Assembly (NCBI GenBank): GCA_024276825.1
Contig: JAJRWI010000005.1
Coordinates: 1-22,173 of the forward strand
Length of the DNA stretch: 22,173 nt
From: an archaeon
GTDB lineage: Archaea; Asgardarchaeota; Thorarchaeia; Thorarchaeales; Thorarchaeaceae
Direction: 5' to 3'
This document shows positions 1 to 7,439 of the stretch, one piece after another; position 1 is the stretch's first letter; every line of letters begins with the position of its first letter. The position numbers and the translations under genes are program-made. The notes under the pieces are model-generated. The model was not told the DNA's origin, did not search any database, and saw nothing but the letters and a program-made list of their open reading frames with translations.

Positions 1-2022
1 GTGATGTTCACCACGCCCACCTTTGCTGAACAGAAGGAGCTCTCAGAAATAAAGAAGGAAGTAAAGAAAATCATTGAAGAATTACTTGAGGATGAACGCA
101 TTCTCGACTATGTTATTAGTCATCCATGGATTAGGGATCCATTAAATCACCTCGACAAAATCCTTGATAATCCTGGCTTTTTCTCAAGCATGCTTGTTTT
201 TTTACAGCATCACAAGGTGAAACTGAATAAGGAACTCATTACGATTGTTGTTGACAGAGTACAAGACATTCCACGAATGAACAAAGAATGGCTGGCCATT
301 TTGATAGAAGGCCTACTGTTCCCCTTAGAGCCTTCACTCAAAGAAACCCCCGAATATTTCGAAGACATCAAGAGTGCGCTGAGACGTATTGGTGCACTGG
401 AGCGGAGAAGTATCAACTTTGAAGAAATGAAACCATTGGAAAAGATCTTTCGAAGAAGCAAGTCAAAACTGAAGGCAATTCTTGCTATTGCAATGTTGGA
501 GTTTCAGGCGCTGAGAGAAAACATGCGGATGGTCATTCTCACAGACTACATCAGAAAAGAGTTTCTCACAAAGCATCTTGATGAGGAACCAGATAGAATG
601 GGAGTCGTGCCGATATTTGAATCAATTCGGAGACTCAGGCTCAAGAACTGCAGCATTGGAGTTCTGACAGGCTCTTTGATCATTCTCCCCAAGAGTGCTG
701 TAGAACTCTTCAAAGAGGAGGGTTTGGAAACCGGTCTCAGCGAGGAAAAGCTTGGATTCAGGCCTTTGGAATATGATCCAAGATATGTCAAGATCTTAGT
801 GAACGACAGCAACAGATCACTCTTGGTCAGCATTGTCACTAAGGTCTTTGAGCGGGGAGCCATCAACATACTCATTGGCACAACATCGCTATTGGGGGAG
901 GGATGGGACGCTCCATCCATTAACACCCTATTGCTTGCATCATTCGTTGGCTCTTACATGTTATCGAATCAGATGCGGGGCAGAGCCATCAGAAGAGACC
1001 CAGACACTCCTAACAAGACATCGAACATTTGGCATGTGGTCTGCGTGGACATCGACTCTAACGATCCAGGCAATGACTACAGGATGATCGTCCGCCGGTT
1101 CAAGGCGTTCCTTGGAGTGGCTTTTGGTAGAGATGTTATCGAGAACGGGTTCGACAGACTTGGAATTAAGAAGCCCCCATTCACTTTGAAGGACATTCAA
1201 CAGATCAATGCCAGAATGAGTGAACATGCACGGGACCGCGACTCATTGCGTGCAGCATGGGAGAGGGCTCTTCTCAAAGGAGTTGATAATGTAAGACTTG
1301 TCGAACAGGTCAGAGCAAGGAGGGAGAATGTCCCGCGAAGATTCGTATTCGCGAACACTCTCGAAGCATTTACTTGGCAGATGGTGTCGATAGTTGCATT
1401 GTTCATTCTTGGAAGACTGCCAGGCCTGCTGTTTCCAATTGATTTGTGGGGACTGACAGCATTCACATACCTTTCAATGATTGGAGTGTTCCTCTTCGCT
1501 CTCAGACTGTTTCCAAAGTTGATCAAGGCCATCGTCCTCTTCATCAGACATGGCCCTGTAGCTTCTAGTATGAAACAGATTGCCAAGGCGGTTCTCTACT
1601 CTCTCAACGAAGTCGGTCTGATTCATACCAGCATCTCAGAACTCACCATTAATGTAGAAGAGATCAAGAAGGGAGTGATCGAGTGCACCATTGATGGCGG
1701 TAGCAAGCGTGAGCACAGCCTCTTCTTGAATGCTATGCAGGAAGTCTTGGGTCCAATAGAGAACCCACGATATCTCCTCGTAAGAAGAAGCACACTAATG
1801 GGGCGCCTTGTCAGGAGAGACTATCACAGCGTGCCCACTATTCTGGGCTACAAGAAGAAGTATGCCTTGATCTTCGCAGAGATGTGGAAAAGATTTGTTG
1901 GTGATATGGATCTCATCTACACACGATCTCCAGAAGGCAGGAGGATTCTTCTAAAAGCCAGGCATCATTCATTGTCCGGAGGACTTCGACCAAGGACCCA
2001 GAGAATCAGTCGATGGATGTAA
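1..2022 (+). CDS. SF2 (DEAD/DEAH-like, ResIII-related) helicase with C-terminal membrane segments; 5'-partial
   Basis: Helicase C-terminal domain motifs V (ILIGTTSLLGEGWDAP) and VI (SNQMRGRAIR). No Walker A/B motifs in the window, so the N-terminus lies upstream. Hydrophobic stretches WQMVSIVALFILGRLPGLLF and WGLTAFTYLSMIGVFLFAL. Confidence 0.8.
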   Translation: MMFTTPTFAEQKELSEIKKEVKKIIEELLEDERILDYVISHPWIRDPLNHLDKILDNPGFFSSMLVFLQHHKVKLNKELITIVVDRVQDIPRMNKEWLAILIEGLLFPLEPSLKETPEYFEDIKSALRRIGALERRSINFEEMKPLEKIFRRSKSKLKAILAIAMLEFQALRENMRMVILTDYIRKEFLTKHLDEEPDRMGVVPIFESIRRLRLKNCSIGVLTGSLIILPKSAVELFKEEGLETGLSEEKLGFRPLEYDPRYVKILVNDSNRSLLVSIVTKVFERGAINILIGTTSLLGEGWDAPSINTLLLASFVGSYMLSNQMRGRAIRRDPDTPNKTSNIWHVVCVDIDSNDPGNDYRMIVRRFKAFLGVAFGRDVIENGFDRLGIKKPPFTLKDIQQINARMSEHARDRDSLRAAWERALLKGVDNVRLVEQVRARRENVPRRFVFANTLEAFTWQMVSIVALFILGRLPGLLFPIDLWGLTAFTYLSMIGVFLFALRLFPKLIKAIVLFIRHGPVASSMKQIAKAVLYSLNEVGLIHTSISELTINVEEIKKGVIECTIDGGSKREHSLFLNAMQEVLGPIENPRYLLVRRSTLMGRLVRRDYHSVPTILGYKKKYALIFAEMWKRFVGDMDLIYTRSPEGRRILLKARHHSLSGGLRPRTQRISRWM

Positions 2023-2365
2023 TTGGATCTGCTAGACTTTCTGGAAGTGGGTAAAAAAAGGGATGTCAAACTGGTAGGTAAAAAGTTGCAATATTTATGA
2101 GGTCTAATTCATTTGAACATTGCCAATGCATTACTAATCGCGATTAGTACTAATCCAGTTTAATATAATCATAAAATCACGAATGAAAGCAGTCATTTCA
2201 AATATGCCCTCATCCTCACTAAGATGTTAAAGGTATCTACCGACAAGCATTCAATATTGTTGGGGGAAAAATACTCTCGAAAGCAAGACATCGCTCACAA
2301 TCAGGAGGTTCTGTATCAAGGGCATAGAGAATTAGTAGATGAAAATAGTCTGCAGATCTCACAGT

Positions 2366-2713
2366 TTATTCGTCTTCTTTAAATCCTGCAACTGTTGGCA
2401 TCGGCGGTCCATATTCTTCAACATATTGTGCGACCTTTAATGCTTTTTTCAACCACTTGATCATTTCCTCTATTTGTTCAGACTCCAGAAGACAGGAATA
2501 TAGAGTATGGTGAGTGAGTTCAAAGACATCATCCTCATCTTCATAGTCTTCCTCATCCAGTTCATCTTCGTCCATGACATAAACAACCAATGATAACTCA
2601 GGGAGGTCGTACTTAATGTCAAGCATGAAGAAGATATTTGTCCCATCGGTTTCCTCGATTGTGAGTTGCTCGGGGATCCTTGGCATTGGTGGTCTCTTTT
2701 TCTTCTTTGGCAT
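2366..2713 (-). CDS. Small hypothetical protein with basic N-terminus (MPKKKKRPP) and acidic tract (DEDELDEEDYEDEDD)
   Basis: Open frame 2366..2734. The ATG at 2713 is preceded by a well-spaced GGTGA Shine-Dalgarno site (gtggtgaaaatcATG) and is preferred over the TTG at 2734. Confidence 0.7.
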   Translation of the reverse strand: MPKKKKRPPMPRIPEQLTIEETDGTNIFFMLDIKYDLPELSLVVYVMDEDELDEEDYEDEDDVFELTHHTLYSCLLESEQIEEMIKWLKKALKVAQYVEEYGPPMPTVAGFKEDE

Positions 2714-2792
2714 GATTTTCACCACATCATTCAATTCACCAACTTGCCTGCATAGAATAAAACTCTATTTCATGTTTATTCAAACATGCAAA

Positions 2793-2906
2793 TGTCCGAT
2801 TCCGGTGATGTTGGGTCTACTTCTGTAAGACAACCACAGTAGCAAAGGCATCATTCGCCTATGATGGTTCTTTCAATTCCCGCGATGTGGGATCTACTTC
2901 TGTAGG
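2793..2906 (-). CRISPR. Orphan mini-CRISPR-like unit: 37-nt repeat, 40-nt spacer, degenerate 37-nt repeat
   Basis: Minus strand: repeat 2906-2870 CCTACAGAAGTAGATCCCACATCGCGGGAATTGAAAG; spacer 2869-2830 AACCATCATAGGCGAATGATGCCTTTGCTACTGTGGTTGT; repeat 2829-2793 CTTACAGAAGTAGACCCAACATCACCGGAATCGGACA (28/37 identical, 77-bp period). The first repeat has the archaeal ATTGAAAG 3' handle and a TCCC/GGGA stem. Confidence 0.65.
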
Positions 2907-2989
2907 GAGCTAGCTGGAATACATAATACAAGAAAACTGTCGATTAGCAATGCATATGATCTATAGCAGGTTGATATTCGCCAAGACTG

Positions 2990-3023
2990 AAAAAAACAAA
3001 TATGAAGAGCCCAGAAGAGGCTC
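2990..3023 (-). terminator. Putative terminator of the 100-aa gene
   Basis: Minus strand GAGCC-TCTTCTG-GGCTC hairpin followed by TTCATATTTGTTTTTTT, just after the stop at 3029. Confidence 0.55.
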
Positions 3024-3028
3024 GGAGT

Positions 3029-3331
3029 TTAGTAGACCTCGCGTGGACTGTGCTGAAGTCTTTCAGGGAGTTGTCCACCGCTTCCTTGAACTTCGAGTTC
3101 GAAGTCGCGACCGTATCTCCCACCGTCCTTACATAGAAAGCCAATCTTGATGATTGAGCGGGCCTGTCGTTCAGCGGCTCTCCGTGTGATCAGTCCAATG
3201 CGGCCAGGCACTGTCATAATCAGCTTTTTCTGGGCCTCATTGATTTCAAGGATAATAGTATCGTCGCTTGCTGTCTTGGTAGTTTCGACAAACTGCGAAG
3301 TGCTCTCATTAAACTCGAGGTATCTTGACAT
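3029..3331 (-). CDS. 100-aa hypothetical protein, possibly a single gelsolin-like domain
   Basis: Clean ORF with GGAGG RBS upstream and a terminator downstream. Pattern SDDTIILEINE..KKLIMTV...GLITRRAAERQARSI...EVQG resembles the gelsolin beta-beta-long helix layout. The fold assignment is inference. Confidence 0.7.
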   Translation of the reverse strand: MSRYLEFNESTSQFVETTKTASDDTIILEINEAQKKLIMTVPGRIGLITRRAAERQARSIIKIGFLCKDGGRYGRDFELEVQGSGGQLPERLQHSPREVY

Positions 3332-3434
3332 CTATATTCTGTCCTCCAGGACCTATTATTGCTATTTTGCGAGAATTCAATATATTAATGATTTTCCATC
3401 ATATAGGACAAGCGAAGGTTCTTGAAATTCGGTC

Positions 3435-5906
3435 TTAATTAAGTATTAGAATAAGTGGCGCAATTCTCGAAACCTCTATTGAATCCAATGAAAAGATAGA
3501 ACCATCTTCCAGCACAGAGCCATCGATGCCAATTTGACTGATTTTGCTGCCGAGTAAGTTGGATAGAGTTTCCGAAACATCAATTCCATCTTGAATCTTG
3601 TTCCACTCAATAGCATCATTCGAGCCAGTAGAAATGCCAAGAGAATATAGATCTCGTGAGAATCTGCCTTCAGAGCATTTCGCCTTAGATAAGCACTGAT
3701 CATATTGCTCGAGCTCGTAATACTTGAAAAAGCCACCACCCTGATACTCAGGAACTTGCTTACTAATGCCCTTCTTGTCATAAGCTAGTACATGCTTCAT
3801 TCGTGAGATTACAACGCTGTGAAAATGATCTCCCATCTCAATGCCAATCCACCTTCTACCCAGTTTGTGCGCAACGGCAATAGTGGTTCCTGAGCCCAAG
3901 AAAAAATCCATCACAAGGTCACCCTTAGATGAGGTTGACTCAATGATTCGTTTCAAAAGGACTTCAGAGTTCTCTGTCTTAAAACCCCAGAGAGATGAAT
4001 ATCCTGAGATGTCTGTCCAACAGTTTTCTAAAAGAACAGTTTCTCGTGGGGCCACCCAGTATTGAATCGCATTGCCCCTTCTTCTAACAAATGCTAGTTT
4101 CTTGCCCGTCTTCTCCCAATGCTTTCGAAGTGAGATTCCTGTTGCTTCATGTTCGCGCAGAAAATCTTGATAATTCTCAACAGCCTTCATGGCTTTTTCT
4201 TTTTTCCACATCCATTGCCCTTCAGTGATATTGACTCCAAGGATCTCGTAGCGCATTGTCGGGCGGTCGTATATTTTCTTAAAACTGGACCAATATCCCT
4301 CCCGCTGACGTTTGGTTGGGGACCCCATAAACCCTGAAAAGCTAGAGTTAGGGCTCTTTGAGAACCAATAAATGTTGTCGTAAACCACACCGAGTGACTT
4401 TTGCTCTTTGAACTGATTGAATAGGCCAGCCTTTGAAGATCCCCTTCTAATCACTATTTCATTTCGAAAGTTTTCAGGTCCAAAGGTTTCATTCAGAAGT
4501 AGTCGAACATACATGTTGCCATTATGATCGCATCTGACAAAGATACTCCCATCATGTTCTAGAAACTCCCTTGCCATAACCAGCCGATTTTCAAGTAGAG
4601 TTAGCCAGACAGCATCAGCATAGTTTACATTATACTTGAAGTTAGAATCGGTCCCGAGATTAAACGGAGGGTCGATATAGATCAACTTGACCTGTTCACG
4701 AAACTTTGCAAGAATTGTGTTCAATGCCTGATAGTTCTCTGAATGGATTAGCCAGCCATCAATACTTGAGTCCAGATGGTCAAACAATGCAAGAACGGAT
4801 TGTTTGAAGGCGGCATCAAAGAAGCACGTATCAATCGGTAAATAGCAATATTTAGAATCATCTATATTTCCTTGCATCATAAGCTCGGACACCTGTTCCA
4901 TTTCAGACTCATCGATCAGTCCTAGGCATATCCATTCCTTCACTTGTTCATCAAAGGCAGGTTGTATCGCTAGCGACTTCAATACTTGCTTGCCATTCTC
5001 TTGATTTGCAATTCTGTCAAGTGTGATCACATAGTTGGAGTTCAGTACAAACTTCGGTTTGTTCCAGATTGCAACGAGAAAGTCCTCAAACTGCCCAATG
5101 AACTTGATAATGCTGGTTGCAAGAGATCGAAAGAGCTGAATTCGATGTTCATCATCTAGGTTTGGAGAAATGCCTTCAGAATAGAATCGCGAATATATCC
5201 ATAAACTGAGTTGGTCATTCAGGAACTCTTGAGCATTCTTATGGATGAAGTATTCAGCAGTCCGTTGTCTCTTAAATGCTTTAAAGACAGATTCGAGATC
5301 ACTCTTATCTAGGAAAATTCCGTGTTCATTCAGAGTGCTACAGATTCCTTCAAGGTCAGTCTTCCTACGTGATGAGTACGAAACCTCGAAGACAATCTCA
5401 TCGGAAGTCACGCTCTTTAAGCTGAAGTTTAAGTGCTTCTTTTCATTCCTGCTTTTATGCCTCATATCACTTACATCGAATAATATTGTAAATGAGATAT
5501 CTTCCTTAGAGTAGCGTATGGTGGAGCTACGCCAGAGCTTGTCGGTTTTCACATAATAGAGTGATTTTGTAGTCCATATTAACGAAACCTCTTTGGTTGA
5601 ATCATTCAAAAATATAGGAGGTTTGCTATCCTTCGAGCCATCATAATGGATGCTGCCTGTTATTGAAAAGTGGGCCTGAAAAAAATCAAAAACATCGCTA
5701 TAGATAATCTGCTTATTGGAGTCATCAATACAGTTCGAAGAGAGAAACTTGGAAAGAGTCATCTTCAGGGCATTTCTGAAGAAGGACTCCTTCACTTTCA
5801 CAAGATTCACGAAGCCTGATTTACCTTCTATTTGAACACCTGTGAACACCCTGACCAATTGATTAACTAGCTGTTCCTCGGCTTCGGTAAGAGAGGCGGC
5901 GTTCAT
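3435..5906 (-). CDS. Site-specific amino-DNA methyltransferase, beta class (type III R-M Mod-like)
   Basis: Catalytic motif IV IYIDPPFN precedes SAM-binding motif I MDFFLGSGTT. Also AVAHKLGRRWIGIEMG, GGGFFKYYELEQY and HSENYQAL, typical of long Mod-like methyltransferases. Confidence 0.9.
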   Translation of the reverse strand: MNAASLTEAEEQLVNQLVRVFTGVQIEGKSGFVNLVKVKESFFRNALKMTLSKFLSSNCIDDSNKQIIYSDVFDFFQAHFSITGSIHYDGSKDSKPPIFLNDSTKEVSLIWTTKSLYYVKTDKLWRSSTIRYSKEDISFTILFDVSDMRHKSRNEKKHLNFSLKSVTSDEIVFEVSYSSRRKTDLEGICSTLNEHGIFLDKSDLESVFKAFKRQRTAEYFIHKNAQEFLNDQLSLWIYSRFYSEGISPNLDDEHRIQLFRSLATSIIKFIGQFEDFLVAIWNKPKFVLNSNYVITLDRIANQENGKQVLKSLAIQPAFDEQVKEWICLGLIDESEMEQVSELMMQGNIDDSKYCYLPIDTCFFDAAFKQSVLALFDHLDSSIDGWLIHSENYQALNTILAKFREQVKLIYIDPPFNLGTDSNFKYNVNYADAVWLTLLENRLVMAREFLEHDGSIFVRCDHNGNMYVRLLLNETFGPENFRNEIVIRRGSSKAGLFNQFKEQKSLGVVYDNIYWFSKSPNSSFSGFMGSPTKRQREGYWSSFKKIYDRPTMRYEILGVNITEGQWMWKKEKAMKAVENYQDFLREHEATGISLRKHWEKTGKKLAFVRRRGNAIQYWVAPRETVLLENCWTDISGYSSLWGFKTENSEVLLKRIIESTSSKGDLVMDFFLGSGTTIAVAHKLGRRWIGIEMGDHFHSVVISRMKHVLAYDKKGISKQVPEYQGGGFFKYYELEQYDQCLSKAKCSEGRFSRDLYSLGISTGSNDAIEWNKIQDGIDVSETLSNLLGSKISQIGIDGSVLEDGSIFSLDSIEVSRIAPLILILN

Positions 5907-5930
5907 GAAGCTCGAACATCCTGAGATTGT

Positions 5931-6617
5931 TTAATCAGGAATAAGATGAGCAGTTCCACAGTGTTCACAGACAACAGCGGTCTCGCCGGGCTCAGGAAGG
6001 GGTAATGGAGCCCCACAATTCTGACATTTCAGTTCTTTTATTTCAGACCGTTGTTGTGGAGTTATGTTCAAGCGGAATACCTTCTCAGCAACTTGCTGAA
6101 TCGTACGACCTATCTTACTAGCGGCTCTTGCGATTGCACTGCGTTCTGTATCAGTTAATGCGGATAGACCTATTGCAACAAAGAAGTTTGAAATGGTCAT
6201 CCTGATTTTGCCAATGGCCGCTCCAGCCTTCCATGCTAGGACATCCTGAATCCAGAGTTCTTGCAATGAGTCATCCGGATGACCAGGAATCTGATAGCCT
6301 CGTTTCCAGTCTACGAGTTCATGCTCCCCTGAGAGTGGCGTATTGCAATGTGGGCAGAAGAGCTGGTATTTCTTTTTTCTGAACCAGCCACCACGTACTT
6401 TGACTTCAGCATGATTGTACCAACATCGCTTATGTGCGGTCTTTCCGCAGTTCGGGCAGGAAAATAGAAAATATCGTTCAGGTACAACTTTTATAACACG
6501 TCCCGAATATACCTGTTGATAAGCAAGATCCCCATTCTTATAGTTCAATAAATAACGTCCACATATGAAGCATGTTGCACCGTCGTATTTGTTGATCTCA
6601 TCAAGTGATAGTCGCAT
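5931..6617 (-). CDS. Zinc-finger protein: N-terminal C4HC3 (RINGv/PHD-like) finger and C-terminal zinc ribbon
   Basis: C16-x2-C19-x34-C54-x2-C57-x4-H62-x2-C65-x22-C88-x2-C91, plus C-terminal CQNCGAPL...CEHCGT. GAGGT RBS upstream. Confidence 0.75.
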   Translation of the reverse strand: MRLSLDEINKYDGATCFICGRYLLNYKNGDLAYQQVYSGRVIKVVPERYFLFSCPNCGKTAHKRCWYNHAEVKVRGGWFRKKKYQLFCPHCNTPLSGEHELVDWKRGYQIPGHPDDSLQELWIQDVLAWKAGAAIGKIRMTISNFFVAIGLSALTDTERSAIARAASKIGRTIQQVAEKVFRLNITPQQRSEIKELKCQNCGAPLPLPEPGETAVVCEHCGTAHLIPD

Positions 6618-6730
6618 ATCTCAACCTCAATTGTTCACATGACCCTAGACATAAAGAGTTTTGGAATTCATCCAAATCAAATGGATATTTTAGCAGGTTC
6701 TGCAAGAGAAAGAGTGCGATGTTTAAGCTA

Positions 6731-7384
6731 ATGGAAGAGAATGAATTAGCAACGGGAAGGAATCCACCAACCACGGTATACCTGGTGACATATGCAGAGC
6801 CGGATTCAGGAGATCCCAACAGGCTGTCAGAGCGCGGAAGAAGCCATATGAGCGAGTTACTCAAGTCCAGAGTGATGTCCGATGTCAAGCATGTGTATTC
6901 AGGAACGGCAAAAGTTATGCTTCATTCTGCAGGGATAATCAGCAGACATTTTAATTCACAAGTTTCAGTAATCGACTGCTTGAATGACATAAACCTTGGA
7001 AAGACTCAAGAAGAGGAACTCTGGGTAAGAGTCTGGTCTGATTTCACTTTTTCGCCCCATGGCGGCGAATCGATGAACAACTTTATCGATAGAATAGTGG
7101 GTTGTACAATCAAGATTATCAGAAAGCACTCATATGATAACATAGTTCTTATGACTAGCCCACTTGCAAGTGCGGCAATCTATCATTTTGTAACTGGCAT
7201 TGAGTTCAATCCCGAGATCTGGTTGGAGATTGGAATACCATCATGTGCATGCTATGATTTTACTATAACTCAGTGGGAACTTGTCATGCCGCCTGATAAC
7301 ACATTCTTGACCGAGCATATTTTCATGCAAGATCTTCTATCTGAACAATTAGTTGACAAATTAAGAAAAATTGAACATTTCTGA
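6731..7384 (+). CDS. Histidine phosphatase (phosphoglycerate mutase-like) fold protein, probably inactive
   Basis: Family landmarks VYLV...LSERG, VYSG, CLNDINLG, GGES...RI, NIVLMT. The RHG motif reads TYA. Start is ATG 6731 or 6719; the track start at 6605 overlaps the divergent gene. Confidence 0.7.
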   Translation: MEENELATGRNPPTTVYLVTYAEPDSGDPNRLSERGRSHMSELLKSRVMSDVKHVYSGTAKVMLHSAGIISRHFNSQVSVIDCLNDINLGKTQEEELWVRVWSDFTFSPHGGESMNNFIDRIVGCTIKIIRKHSYDNIVLMTSPLASAAIYHFVTGIEFNPEIWLEIGIPSCACYDFTITQWELVMPPDNTFLTEHIFMQDLLSEQLVDKLRKIEHF

Positions 7385-7391
7385 TTCTCAG

Positions 7392-7425
7392 AGGAAAAAA
7401 AGGAAAGAGGGATGCATTGCATCCC
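7392..7425 (-). terminator. Terminator of the large surface-protein gene, between convergent genes
   Basis: Perfect inverted repeat GGGATGCA-T-TGCATCCC (7409-7425) followed on the minus strand by TCTTTCCTTTTTTTCCT. Confidence 0.65.
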
Positions 7426-7439
7426 AAATCTGTTAAGCT

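Noticed and set aside
2168-2186. Partial spacer matches (ATCATA and CGAATGA here, CATCATTC near 2725, ATGATGGTT at 21038)
   Set aside because: Matches of 6-9 nt, some needing gaps, are expected by chance in 22 kb.
2816-2906. TCTACTTCTGTAG resembles the Cas12a repeat stem on the plus strand
   Set aside because: It lacks the AATT prefix and full TCTAC/GTAGA pairing. The minus-strand ATTGAAAG end explains the repeat better as class 1.
2947-2983. Possible third repeat copy (GATCTA...AGG) upstream of the unit
   Set aside because: Out of register with the 77-bp period and only about 6 nt of identity.
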